A stretch of DNA of 63,447 nt, counting the filler, from Octopus bimaculoides (lineage: Eukaryota), in assembly GCF_001194135.2 (NCBI RefSeq). It is 7 parts of 6 records of this genome, joined end to end, with 100 filler letters (N's around TTAATTAATTAA, not from the genome) between each part and the next. Parts side by side here need not be neighbours in the genome. Positions count along the whole stretch, not along the records: positions 30,865 to 35,592 come from NC_068985.1; positions 35,693 to 42,424 come from NW_026343407.1; positions 42,525 to 61,046 come from NC_068993.1; 4 more parts are not named here. One strand, 5' to 3'. The position numbers and the translations under genes are program-made. The notes under the pieces are model-generated. The model worked only from the letters and a program-made list of their open reading frames with translations, had not been told where the DNA came from and made no database searches. Of the stretch, positions 31,504 to 44,711 are shown one piece after another. Each line of letters begins with the position of its first letter. Within the stretch, counting starts at the first letter, position 1.

Positions 31504-32221
31504 AATCACTCTTAATGTATATAAGCATCTTCTGAATCACTTACCATATACAGTATATATAGTGAATCACTGTTATTGTATATTATAGATTAATCTGTAT
31601 AATGTGTTTGTTATGAGAACTTGATAAATTATGCGTACATAAATATAATAAATAAACAAGTAAATTGTTATTGATGGTTATTTGACAAAGGAAAAGTAAT
31701 AAATGCCTCCATTAATAGACTTTGAACTTGAAAACAAAAAGTGAATATTGAAAACTAGTGATAGTCTTGCACTAGTCTAACCTCGCATTTCCATCATTAA
31801 ATGAAGTTCAAAGAAAGACATAGTTGGCATAGGTTATCACGAAGTAGACTTGATATGAGCGATTGTATTGGTTTAGTGAAGCACAGAACAATGGATTAAC
31901 ATATATAAATGGAAAAGATGAAACGTAGGACATAGCATTCGCCCCGCAAGAAGATGGTAGGATGTCTACAGTGTAGGACCCTTTGGTTAATATCAAGTAT
32001 GATAATCTCGTTATGTGGATGGACAAAGGAAGAGACTACTTCAACATTTTTCGCGGATCAGGTGGAACAAAGACAAAGCCAAACTAAGTTTCTTGTAACC
32101 TTTGATGGATTTCACATATTCTCTTTGGATTTGCTGATTCGGCGGAGATTTCCAAGGGTTAGACCCATAGGTTTTCAGTAGTCTTGCTGTTTCTTTGTGA
32201 TTTTTCGGTACTTCAGTAGTC

Positions 32222-32297
32222 CAGGCAGGGTTGTGGGTCAGGCAGGGTTGTGGGTCAGGTAGGGTTGTGGGTCAGGCAGGGTTGTGGGTCAGACAGG
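32222..32297 (+). repeat. 17-bp G-rich tandem repeat (4 copies plus a partial)
   Basis: Unit caggcagggttgtgggt, giving eight GGG tracts. Confidence 0.9.
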
Positions 32298-33199
32298 TAA
32301 ATCTTCGCTCGTCGAAGTTTGAAAGATTATTGTCAGATCCGCCAGATGAAGCTAGATGTCGTACTGAGACTACTTTTTACTTTTGGAAAATATTATATGG
32401 CGTAATGTGGGATACACTCTCATAAATCCATCTCCCCGACATTAACATTGTCTTTTCATTGACGTAGTGATTTCACATTCGCACAGTTCCAGGAAGGCGT
32501 TGTGCCGTATCTAACTTTTGCTGGTGAGACGTTACATTGAAGTTGGCGCGCAGTAAAGATCTGATGAATTGGGGGACATCAAAAAGAACATGCAAGTCTT
32601 GGATTTCAATGAGAAAGAGATGGTGTTCCAAAGGTCAACGTTGTGTAATTTCTATCTGACCGTTGTTACGTGAACTGTAGGCTACTGTACAACTGGTAGC
32701 AATATTCGTTTTGTACAGTTATTGTTGTACTCATTACTTAATAAAAAAAACGCGGGTAATCGCAATTAGAATACATTAAGGGAAACATGCCAAGTATGGT
32801 TAAGAGCTTTGAAAATATTCGATAGCAGAGAAAATCGTCATATAAAAATAGGAAAAATTTAAGTGGAAGTGATATTATTCCGCAATAACGAACAACTAAT
32901 ACTTCCTACGAGAAACGGAAGGAAGGGGACCCTAAAAACGGAGCCTTTCGAATAGTTGTCTTCATTCTCTCGGTCGAATGAAAACTTTAAATTCTTTGTC
33001 GTAACGCTCGAACGCTCGAACGTTGCCAAAATAGGATTATCTTTCTTGTCAGAGTTTCAAGTGAGGTCGTTCACTTTCTTACAGCAGTCACGCAAGAACA
33101 TCATCAACAGCGTTATTCTTTCCCGGACAGTAAATGACCGCCGAAATCAGGAGAGTTCGCTTCGTCATCGTTAATTTTGTCGTTCTCTTTTCCTTTCTT

Positions 33200-34090
33200 C
33201 TTTCTGTTATACATGATGGTGACTGATTATAGATCAGAATGATGAGAAGTTAGAGAGATGAGTAGGCCGGGGGTGCATGAGAGGAGGAGGAACAGAAACC
33301 ACTGTCGTAGAAATATTAAAGGTAGAGAAAGACAGCCAATCCACGGGTTAGGACCAAGAGAATGTCTGTTAGTGAGTGGAGATGTATATTCGAGTGTGGT
33401 CCAGGATGTGAGTTGTATCAGCACCTTCTCAGATGTGGACCCTTACTCCATTGTGGGTCTTAAAGAAGCCTTGTAAAGTGCTAACAACTTTTGTGGGTTG
33501 AAATATCTTCGGGCCTGAAGCAATGGGCCAGTCATTGAAATACATTCGCAGAGAAAGATCCTCAATGACAGTGAGACCCAGTATTTGCAGCGACTGTGAG
33601 GGCTCTAGCTGAGGGTTGTTCGAGTTTAGGGGAAATGTGGTGCAGTGGTGTGTGTGTGTTTTTCTTTTTAGAAATGAGTGGTGCTTGAATTCTTGATTTT
33701 TCTGTTGAAGTATGCAAGGTGTGCATGGCTTCTCTAAAGAGAGCTGTCAATGTCTCTGTTCATGGTACGAAAGCAAATTTGGCAGGCAGGACGCAGGTCG
33801 AGTGAGGATGATACATGGTTGGAGAAAGTTAAGGAACAATGATAGCTTGTTTCGTCTGTAGAAGAATGGTCTGTTTGGATGTGTCAGCAAGTAGGTCACT
33901 GATTTATTGAAGGAAGAAAATAGGGGACAAAACAGAACCTTGGGAAACACTAGATTTGACTGAGAGTGAGACTGAAGGAAGAATTTTGATATGTTGCCGA
34001 ATTTAGGAAACGTCGGCAGCTCGCCCACTCTATACCTATGGGATATTCTATAAAGACAGACGGAAAGATTCTTATTGATCAACCTCAGTA
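33200..34090 (-). mobile_element. Degenerate jockey/CR1/L2-group LINE, RT and C-terminal fragment
   Basis: SSVSQGSVLSPIFFL (PQGSVL motif), SLQILGLT and RYFNPQKLLALYKASLRPTME.GSHI, with frameshifts. Confidence 0.8.
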
Positions 34091-34204
34091 TAAGAAATTT
34101 GTGGCAAACACATTTTAAAGTATTCTACTCTACATTTTTAAACAGTTCTATTGTTTCACAACTACCCTCTCCTTTCAAACGATAGAGGAATACAGATAAT
34201 GCAG

Positions 34205-34410
34205 CGAGGTAGCAGAGTCGTTAGTATGAAGGGTAAAAGGCTTAGCGGCATCCCGTGTCTTAACGTTGAGTTCAAATTCCGCCGAGGTTGACTTTGTCCT
34301 TCATCCTTTCGAGGTCGATAAAATAAGTACCAGTTGAGCACTGGGATTGATGTAATCGACTTACCCCATTACATTGAAATTGCTGGCGTTGTGCCAACAT
34401 TTGAAACCAA
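34205..34410 (+). mobile_element. tRNA-derived SINE, family A
   Basis: gcgaggtagcagagtcgttag...gttgagttcaaattccgccgaggttgactttg...taagtaccagttgagcactggg. Confidence 0.85.
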
Positions 34411-35409
34411 TATCAGACCACATCTGTTTATGCAATATAGAGTCACTAAAACTGGTGATTTCAGGAAAAAGACAATAGGAACTAATGATTTTAATGTTGT
34501 CTCTAATTGAACATAGCACATGGAAGTGAGAATTTTATCGGAGACGCGAACACACTTTTTCGTGAACTCCATTACATGCTAAATAAACATTCATTTTTCT
34601 CTAATAATAATACAGTATTTTCTTTGTAAGGAAAGTAAGGTTTAATAAATTTACTTGGTTCTATTACCTTAGTAATGTGTATTTTATCAACTCTAATATA
34701 ACAAAAGTGAAAACATCCTTGACGGAAGTCAATTCGCTATTTTTATTAAGGGTTTACGGTTGCATTTTTTTTTCCTTTTTTTTTTGCTTAATCATAGACT
34801 TGAAGTCATGAAAAAGAAATTAGAAACTTTCATGATCATACCTTTCTCAAGATCATTACCAACGTAAATGAAATATAATGACTTCAATCAGAGAATGAAA
34901 CTGTGTAATGGATTCAACATACCGGAAGATTAACTCTGCAGTCCGCGTTCGTCACATTCTTTACAGTAACTAAGCTCAAGTATTCTGTACAAACATTCTC
35001 CACATATTGTTCATAGTATCAGCAAAGCAGACATCTTATAATGGCCTCAAAACTTCGTCTAATATCCGGAGATAGAAATTTGTGAAAAATTAATAAAAAA
35101 ATTAGGTAGAAACAGTTCTAAAACTGTGAGCTGCTTTCGATTTTTTGTCGGAAGGACTTATAATTATCATGTTAATAACTTTAGAGGAATGGATAGACGT
35201 CAGAATACCATTCTTAAATTCTTCACTTTTTTTTCTAGGAGCTTATTATTTTGATATGGATGTAATGAATGGATTAACAGAATCAGTTAATTCCTTCTTA
35301 TAAACGCTAACCTAATCGCCCTTTATTTTATGAACTGTAGGCCAGATATAGAGTACTTAGCTTAATCGCTTGACCTGCTAGAAATAACAGTTATTCTTTT
35401 TCCTTTCTT

Positions 35410-35592
35410 TTCATTTTACTTGTTTCAGTCATTTGAGTGCAGCCATACTGGAGCACCGCCTTTAGCCCCAGGACTTATTCTTTGTAAGCCTAGTACATAT
35501 TCTATCGATCTCTATTGCCGTACCGCTAAGTTAAGGGAACGTAAACACACTAACATCGGTTGCCAAGAGATGGTGGGGGACAAACACACACA
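35410..35592 (-). mobile_element. Family B SINE, 3' half
   Basis: ttttacttgtttcagtcatttga.tgcagccat.ctggagcaccgcc...ggacttattctttgtaagcctagtac; also at 29535-29745, 41430-41585 and 46125-46330. Confidence 0.8.
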
Positions 35593-35694
35593 NNNNNNNN
35601 NNNNNNNNNNNNNNNNNNNNNNNNNNNNNNNNNNNNTTAATTAATTAANNNNNNNNNNNNNNNNNNNNNNNNNNNNNNNNNNNNNNNNNNNNGG

Positions 35695-36040
35695 TCATAA
35701 GATCGCGGTTTCGATTCTCAGACCGGGCGTTGTGAGTGTCTATTGAGCGAAAACATCTAAAGCTCCACGAGGCTCCGGCAGGGGATGGTGGCGAACCCTG
35801 CTGTACTCTTCCACCACAACGTTCTCTCACTCTTACTTCCTGTTTCTGTTGTGCCTGTAATTCAAAGGGCTAGCCTTGTCACACTCTGTGTCACGCTGAA
35901 TATCCTCGAGAACTGCGTTAAGTGTACACGTGTCTGTGGAGTGCTCAACCACTTGCACGTTAATTTCACGAGCAGGCTGTTCCGTTGATCGGATCAACTG
36001 GAACCCTCGTCGTCGTAAGCGACGGAGTGCCAACAAACAA
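35695..36040 (+). mobile_element. SINE family E with RTE-type stem-loop end and (CAA)n tail
   Basis: taagatcgcggtttcgattc...ggggatggtggcgaaccctgctgtactc...cacgctgaatatcc...ggaaccctcgtcgtcgtaagcgacggagtgccaac; near-identical to 40435-40742. Confidence 0.85.
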
Positions 36041-36044
36041 AGCC

Positions 36045-36230
36045 AGCAATTTCGGGGAGGGATGGTGGCTGTCGATTACATCGACTCCAGTTAACAAATG
36101 GCACATATTTTTATCGACCCCGAAGAGATGAAAGGTAAAGCCTGCCTCGACGGAATTCGAACAGTCACAACCAATTAACCGACGAAATGCCGCTAAGCGT
36201 TTCGGCCGGTGCGGAAACGATTCTGCCTTT
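36045..36230 (-). mobile_element. tRNA-derived SINE, family A
   Basis: Reverse complement of the family A body (gtcgattacatcgac...ttatcgacccc.aagagatgaaagg...cgaaatgccgctaagc). Confidence 0.75.
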
Positions 36231-37223
36231 CGGAAACGATTCGACGCCTTTCGATGTTAGTTGATTTAACTTCGGTGATCGGACGAAGGGCTTTTGAAAT
36301 TCAAGCAGTACACAAACTGACTCGCTGTCCCCGTATTTATTGTAGCTGACAGGGAGCGACTGAATTAAGAAAAAGTTTTGTTGAAAAGTGACAAAGCTTT
36401 TCATTTTGAGCAGACAGCGTGAAATATTAGCTTTGTCTGTCTGTTTAAACATAGCAAATAACAACATCACTTTATAGAAAGTTGTTCAACTATGAAGTAA
36501 TATGAATAATGATAGTTTTTATGGCCTGATGACAGCATACACAAACACACAAACATATATATACACATATACACACGAGCACGTAGGCGCATGCGCACGC
36601 ACACACACATATATACTTACATATATAAACATTCACATTTGTTTATACACATAATTCAATATATATGTGTGTGCGTATGTACGATCTATGTATGCTTGCG
36701 TGTGCGTGCGTATGGATGTTTGTGTGTGTGTGTGTGTGTGCTTGTATATNNNNNNNNNNNNNNNNNNNNNNNNNNNNNNNNNNNNNNNNNNNNNNNNNNN
36801 NNNNNNNNNNNNNNNNNNNNNNNNNNNNNNNNNNNNNNNNNNNNNNNNNNNNNNNNNNNNNNNNNNNNNNNNNNNNNNNNNNNNNNNNNNNNNNNNNNNN
36901 NNNNNNNNNNNNNNNNNNNNNNNNNNNNNNNNNNNNNNNNNNNNNNNNNNNNNNNNNNNNNNNNNNNNNNNNNNNNNNNNNNNNNNNNNNNNNNNNNNNN
37001 NNNNNNNNNNNNNNNNNNNNNNNNNNNNNNNNNNNNNNNNNNNNNNNNNNNNNNNNNNNNNNNNNNNNNNNNNNNNNNNNNNNNNNNNNNNNNNNNNNNN
37101 NNNNNNNNNNNNNNNNNNNNNNNNNNNNNNNNNNNNNNNNNNNNNNNNNNNNNNNNNNNNNNNNNNNNNNNNNNNNNNNNNNNNNNNNNNNNNNNNNNNN
37201 NNNNNNNNNNNNNNNNNNNNNNN

Positions 37224-37270
<47 letters not shown>

Positions 37271-37381
37271 ATATGCGAACACATACATACGCACACTTAC
37301 ATATACAAACATAGACACATATTCACATACACACAGACATTAATAAATGAATGAAACAAAAGAAGAAAGGGACCCCTTTGT

Positions 37382-37415
<34 letters not shown>

Positions 37416-37692
37416 CCTACTGAGGTCGTTGTAGTTGTTGAGGTTCTTGTAGAGTTCAGTTGATGAGTCATAGTGTTTATAACATACGATTAACCGATTA
37501 ACCTAACATATTACTGGTACTTAATATTAACCGGAATGAATCACTACTTAGTTCCAACGGTCTGAGAAAAATATCCGCGCTATGATGGGGGGAGGCGAGA
37601 GTGTGTGTATGTGTGTGTGTTATACGTAAGTATGTATGTTTGTATTTATGTAAAAACAATGAACACAAATGGATTTAATATTTACAACAGCT

Positions 37693-38125
37693 AAAGCGGC
37701 GAGCTGGCAGAAACGTTAGTACGCCGGGCAAAATGCTTAGCGGTATTTCGTCTGCCGTGACGTTCTGAGTTCAAATTCCACCGAGGTCGACTTTGCCTTT
37801 CATCCTTTCGGGGTCGATTAAATAAGTACCTGTTACGCACTGGGGTCGATATATTCGACTTAATCCCTTTGTCTGTCCTTGTTTGTCCCCTCTGTGTGTA
37901 GCCCCCTGTGGGCAGTAAAGAAATAAGAAACGTTAGCACGCCGGGCGAAAGGCTTAGGGGTATTTCGTCTGTCTTTCCGTTCTGAGTTCAAATTCCGCCG
38001 AGGTTGACTTTGCCTTTCATCCTTTCGGGGTCGATAAATTAAGTACCAGTTGCGTACTAGGGTTCATCTAATCGACTGGCTCCCTCCCTAAAAAATTTCG
38101 GGCCTTGTGCCAAGAGTAGAAAAGA
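37693..38125 (+). mobile_element. Two family A SINEs in head-to-tail tandem
   Basis: gaaacgttag.acgccgggc.aaa at 37709 and 37928, with different 3' ends. CpGs are retained. Confidence 0.9.
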
Positions 38126-39567
38126 ATATTTACGACAGCTGTTTCGATAGAATTTCTATTGTATACTCATAGATTATGTCATAAATTCAGCTCTAGTGCC
38201 TGTAGTATAAGAAGCAACATCCTAACCTGAATATTTGGAAAGATAACCCGTGTAAAATAAAGAATAAACATGTATAGTACTAACTAATTTGACAAAGTTC
38301 TTTTTGTAAAAATTTATTTCGTGTGTTCTAACTGAGCATCATTAATTAGAGCAGCCGGGAAATATTTTCACAACGTCATCAAGAAAAATATATATATATA
38401 TGTATTACCAAGTAAGTTTATTTTAATCTTTTGATGCGACACTACTCTATACTGTTTTCTCTCCCATCCTCCTCTAATACCCATTCTCTCCCCTTCACCA
38501 TTTTCTGTCTCTCTCTCCCCCTCTTTCTCCTTTTCTCTCTCTCTCGCTGCTCACACGTGGCCATCGTCCATCTTTCTTTTCGTACACGACGTCCAAAGGA
38601 CTGGACGTCTTCTATATCTCTCTCTTCTATCTTTTCTCTTTCCAAAGAAAATATTTCTTCCAGCGTTCACTATCTTTCCTTTCGTTCTGGTGTAGTTGAT
38701 CTTGTTTGCACGCGCCGATCGAACTCAGGCGAACTTAGACGCAACAAATCTACGATCGCAAGCATTCCAACAATGACCATCTCATCCTATATTCAGTGTT
38801 TTTAGAAACTACATTGTCTTATGTATCTTTCTTGTTCTAGGACTTCAGATGCGGCCGTGACTTGAGGGAAGTGTGTCTGCTATTTCTAGCAGATCGAGTA
38901 ACTTCATACAGATGCTTTCGTTCTTACTGTCATCGTCATCATTGTCATCGTTATTGTTGTTGTTACTGGTCTTGTTCTTGTTCTTGTTATTGTTGAATTT
39001 ACGGTGATGATAACCGTAATTATTTAGCTGCTGCTGCTGCTGCTGTTGTGGTTGTTGTTGTTGTTGTTGTTCCTACTCCACTACATTAACTGTGTCTAAT
39101 TCTGCTAAACTATAGCTTAACAATCTCCGGTGTTTTCAGCCTAAATTGAGCGGAAACTGTTTGTCGGGAGAGGAGGAGAGTATCTGTAGGAGAGTAAGGT
39201 GTGGTGGAGACGGAGCAAAGAGGAGAAGAAGGAGTAAACTTAGGGATTTAGTTGTTGAGATATAAGGAGAGAGGGAGGATGGAGGAGAGAGAGAAGTAAT
39301 TAGAGCGTGTGTAGTATTGGGGGAGGGGAATAAGTTTGAAAGAGGTAGTAAGAAAAAGAAAAGGGAGAAAAAATAGAGAGTGTAATAGAGGTGCGGAATA
39401 TACTGAGGTGATAGAAGGCAAGAAAGAAAGAGAGAGAGAGAGAATGAGAGAGAGAAGAGATAATGTAAATAGACAGATAAGTAGAAAGACAGAGAATATA
39501 GAGTATAGGAAAGAGAGAAGACAGAACTGTATGATTAACAGGCAGAGAGATAAAGCGTGTGTTTGTA

Positions 39568-39627
<60 letters not shown>

Positions 39628-40434
39628 NNNNNNNNNNNNNNNNNNNNNNNNNNNNNNNNNNNNNNNNNNNNNNNNNNNNNNNNNNNNNNNNNNNNNNNNN
39701 NNNNNNNNNNNNNNNNNNNNNNNNNNNNNNNNNNNNNNNNNNNNNNNNNNNNNNNNNNNNNNNNNNNNNNNNNNNNNNNNNNNNNNNNNNNNNNNNNNNN
39801 NNNNNNNNNNNNNNNNNNNNNNNNNNNNNNNNNNNNNNNNNNNNNNNNNNNNNNNNNNNNNNNNNNNNNNNNNNNNNNNNNNNNNNNNNNNNNNNNNNNN
39901 NNNNNNNNNNNNNNNNNNNNNNNNNNNNNNNNNNNNNNNNNNNNNNNNNNNNNNNNNNNNNNNNNNNNNNNNNNNNNNNNNNNNNNNNNNNNNNNNNNNN
40001 NNNNNNNNNNNNNNNNNNNNNNNNNNNNNNNNNNNNNNNNNNNNNNNNNNNNNNNNNNNNNNNNNNNNNNNNNNNNNNNNNNNNNNNNNNNNNNNNNNNN
40101 NNNNNNNNNNNNNNNNNNNNNNNNNNNNNNNNNNNNNNNNNNNNNNNNNNNNNNNNNNNNNNNNNNNNNNNNNNNNNNNNNNNNNNNNNNNNNNNNNNNN
40201 NNNNNNNNNNNNNNNNNNNNNNNNNNNNNNNNNNNNNNNNNNNNNNNNNNNNNNNNNNNNNNNNNNNNNNNNNNNNNNNNNNNNNNNNNNNNNNNNNNNN
40301 NNNNNNNNNNNNNNNNNNNNNNNNNNNNNNNNNNNNNNNNNNNNNNNNNNNNNNNNNNNNNNNNNNNNNNNNNNNNNNNNNNNNNNNNNNNNNNNNNNNN
40401 NNNNNNNNNNNNNNNNNNNNNNNNNNNNNNNNNT

Positions 40435-40742
40435 TGTGAGTGTTTATTGAGCGAAGACACCTAAAGCTCCATGAGGCTCCGACAGGGGATGGTGGCGAAC
40501 CCTGCTGTACTCTTCCACCACAACTTTCTCTCACTCTTACTTCCTGTTTCTGTTCTGCCTGTAATTCAAAGGGTCAGCCTTGTCACACTGTGTCACGCTG
40601 AATATCCCCGAGAACTACGTTAAGGGTACACGTGTCTGTGGAGTGCTCAGCCACTTGCACGTTAATTTCACGAGCAGGCTGTTCCGTTGATCAGATCAAC
40701 TGGAACCCTCGACGTCGTAAGCGACGGAGTGCCAACAACAAC
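40435..40742 (+). mobile_element. SINE family E (a 3' piece also at 41586-41730)
   Basis: Matches 35695-36040 and ends cgacggagtgccaacaacaac. Confidence 0.85.
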
Positions 40743-41944
40743 TATGCTCGTTGGTCTCAATATCGATCGCAGAAACGTGCGTTACAGATGAAATAAAGAG
40801 ATGTCAACTTCATGCTGTATATATATATATATGTGTCTATGTGTGTATGCATGTGTGTGTGTCTGTGTGTGTGTGTGTAAACACACACTATGAAACCAAG
40901 GAGGAAGAATAGAGGTTCTTTAATATTTAAAATAGCTGGTAATACTGAATATGATTGAAAGCTGCGCTTTCACAAATCATTACTTCGAATTTGTTGTCGC
41001 CGATTTTATACAAACATGTTGTCAATTGCGTGTGTGAAAGCATCTAAAGTTGCAAGAGAAATAAATCAAAATGTTTAAGTGTCTTTAAAAACTTTAAAAT
41101 GGCGCCGATTGATTCATAATATTCAGACTTATGGCGTGCATATTTCTCCCTGAATCAGCATTTGTAGGGTATATATAATTGCAAATTGAATACTTTTAGG
41201 TGTATCTATAATAGTGCGGCATCTGTCGAAATCGTGGCATGTAATGAATAATTTTTGGCTGAAGTGTGCAGCTTAAATATGAATGATAATCACCACGGAC
41301 GTATGGTGTAGCGTGATCGGAAATTAACCATTTAATTTTAAACGCTGCAGAATTTTTTTTTTTTTTATTTACAAAAAACCCAAATAGTCCTAGAAAGGCC
41401 TTGTGAAAGAATTTTTTTTTTTTGTTTCATCTTTTACTTGTTTCAGTTATTAGACTGCGGTCATGCTGGTACACCGCCTTGAATTTTTAGTCGAATGAAT
41501 CGACCCCAGTACAAATTTTTTTAAGCCTGGTACTTATTCGATCGATCTTTTTTGCTGAAGCATTAAGTTACGGGGTCGTAAGCACACTGTGTCACGCTGA
41601 ATATCCCCGAGAACTACGTGTCTGCGGAGTGCTCAGCCACTTGCACGTTAATTTCACGAGCAGTCTGTTCTGTTGATCGGATCAACTGGATCCCTCGACG
41701 TCGTAAGCGACGGAGTGCCAACAACAACCGAGCAACAACAACACAAAAAACAAATGTAGCAGATTGCTTTAATGAAGGAGAAGGTAATTTTCGCAGGGGT
41801 TAATTGTGTCATCAAGAATAGTGTCATCATAGATGTCTGCGTGGAGTAGAGCCATCTGTGTTAAATTGTAAAGGAAATTAACTAAGTAGACAAGGACTTA
41901 TATAATGAAATTATATTATACCACTTGTATATTTAGGCTTTGTA

Positions 41945-42320
41945 TTTAGGCTCTGTGGTAAGAAACTTGCTTCCCAGTCACATGGCTCTGAGTTCAGTCC
42001 CATTGCGTTGTACCTTGGGCAGTGTTTTCTACTATATCTTCAGGGGCAACCAATGCTTTGTGAGTGGATATGGTAGACGAAAACTTTGTGTGGGAAAGGG
42101 GTCTTCATGTCTCTGTATGTCCCCCACCATCGCTTGGTAACAGGTGTTGGTTTGTTTATGTCCCTGTAACTTAACGGCTCAACAAAAGAAACCGATAGAA
42201 TAAGTACTAAGCTTTTAAAAACAATGAGTGCCGAGTTCGATTCGTTCGAGTAAAATTCTCCAAGGTGGTGCCCCTGCAGTGTCACGGCCTAACCACTGAA
42301 ACAAGTAAAACAATAAAAGA
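41945..42320 (+). mobile_element. tRNA-derived SINE, family B (full length)
   Basis: ggctctgtggtaagaaacttgcttcccagtcacatggctctgagttcagtccc ... accactgaaacaagtaaaa. Confidence 0.8.
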
Positions 42321-42329
42321 AAAAGACAG

Positions 42330-43040
42330 GCGCACAACACTTCCCCACCACCACCACCACCACAAACACCACCACCATCACCACCACCGACAACACCACC
42401 ACTACCACCACCACCATCACCACCNNNNNNNNNNNNNNNNNNNNNNNNNNNNNNNNNNNNNNNNNNNNTTAATTAATTAANNNNNNNNNNNNNNNNNNNN
42501 NNNNNNNNNNNNNNNNNNNNNNNNGATGAGGATAATTTTGATGAGCACAATGATGAAGTTGTTAATGATGATGATGATAATGATGATGATGATGATGGTG
42601 ATGATGGTGATGATGATGATGATGATAATGCTAATGTTGGTCATGACGATGTTGATGACGATGACAATGACGATGATGCTAATGATAATGATAGTGATTA
42701 TGATGATGATGATGATGATGCTGCTGCCGATAAAGATGATGATGATGATGATGGTGGTGATGGTGATGATGACGAGGACGATAGAGTAGAAAGAAGAGGA
42801 GGATGAAGGGGAGTAATGATGAATGAAATAGGGACGATGGTGATGGAGGCAGAGGTTTAGAAGACGGAGCATGAGGACGAAGGGAATTGAAGCGAAGGAG
42901 GACGAAGAGGGTGAAGAGAGAAGGGGAGAAGCGTTTAGGGCGTGGGTGATGGTCGTGCGGTGGCGGCGACGATGGCAGCGGTACCGTTGGTGACTGTAGA
43001 GTGATGATGGTGATGGTGGTGATGATGAGGACGATGATGA

Positions 43041-43074
<34 letters not shown>

Positions 43075-43144
43075 GATGATGGCGGTGGTGATGATGGAGG
43101 CTGTGATGATCCTGAGAATGGCGATGATGATGATGAGGATGAAG

Positions 43145-43178
<34 letters not shown>

Positions 43179-43243
43179 GGATGATGAAGATGATGATGAT
43201 GATGATGATGAGGAGGAGGAGGAGGATGATGATGAGGATGCTG
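42330..43243. repeat. Compound trinucleotide microsatellites (CAC, GAT, GGT, GAG)
   Basis: Read directly; split by the spacer at 42425-42524. Confidence 0.95.
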
Positions 43244-44213
43244 NNNNNNNNNNNNNNNNNNNNNNNNNNNNNNNNNNNNNNNNNNNNNNNNNNNNNNNNN
43301 NNNNNNNNNNNNNNNNNNNNNNNNNNNNNNNNNNNNNNNNNNNNNNNNNNNNNNNNNNNNNNNNNNNNNNNNNNNNNNNNNNNNNNNNNNNNNNNNNNNN
43401 NNNNNNNNNNNNNNNNNNNNNNNNNNNNNNNNNNNNNNNNNNNNNNNNNNNNNNNNNNNNNNNNNNNNNNNNNNNNNNNNNNNNNNNNNNNNNNNNNNNN
43501 NNNNNNNNNNNNNNNNNNNNNNNNNNNNNNNNNNNNNNNNNNNNNNNNNNNNNNNNNNNNNNNNNNNNNNNNNNNNNNNNNNNNNNNNNNNNNNNNNNNN
43601 NNNNNNNNNNNNNNNNNNNNNNNNNNNNNNNNNNNNNNNNNNNNNNNNNNNNNNNNNNNNNNNNNNNNNNNNNNNNNNNNNNNNNNNNNNNNNNNNNNNN
43701 NNNNNNNNNNNNNNNNNNNNNNNNNNNNNNNNNNNNNNNNNNNNNNNNNNNNNNNNNNNNNNNNNNNNNNNNNNNNNNNNNNNNNNNNNNNNNNNNNNNN
43801 NNNNNNNNNNNNNNNNNNNNNNNNNNNNNNNNNNNNNNNNNNNNNNNNNNNNNNNNNNNNNNNNNNNNNNNNNNNNNNNNNNNNNNNNNNNNNNNNNNNN
43901 NNNNNNNNNNNNNNNNNNNNNNNNNNNNNNNNNNNNNNNNNNNNNNNNNNNNNNNNNNNNNNNNNNNNNNNNNNNNNNNNNNNNNNNNNNNNNNNNNNNN
44001 NNNNNNNNNNNNNNNNNNNNNNNNNNNNNNNNNNNNNNNNNNNNNNNNNNNNNNNNNNNNNNNNNNNNNNNNNNNNNNNNNNNNNNNNNNNNNNNNNNNN
44101 NNNNNNNNNNNNNNNNNNNNNNNNNNNNNNNNNNNNNNNNNNNNNNNNNNNNNNNNNNNNNNNNNNNNNNNNNNNNNNNNNNNNNNNNNNNNNNNNNNNN
44201 NNNNNNNNNNNNN

Positions 44214-44252
<39 letters not shown>

Positions 44253-44667
44253 GTGTGTGTGTATATATTTATAAATACATAAATCTCCATATATGCGAGT
44301 GTATGTGTGCGAATGTATGTATGCGTATCTCTAGATATACATCATAAAATATGTAATATATATATGCATATGTATATACACATATATGTAAATATATATA
44401 TGTACGTATACGTGTATATATATGTACATATTAAGAGAAAGGGTGAAAAATATTCAGTAAGACCAGTACATATCAAACAGACACACACGTATTCACGCAC
44501 ACGCACACAAATGCCCATATATATATACACCCACATGTAGATATCCATATACCTGAATATGCATGTTATTATTGTGTATATATTCTTTACGTAATTATGC
44601 ATACATATATACACATAAATGCCTATGAATATGGGTATATTTGCAGATATATCTACACATAATATGC

Positions 44668-44711
<44 letters not shown>

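Noticed and set aside
31800-32700. Possible LINE endonuclease remnants on the minus strand (LLRANFNV, EIIILDIN)
   Set aside because: Only weak resemblance to GDFN motifs, many stops, and the wrong order relative to the RT fragment at 33200-34090.
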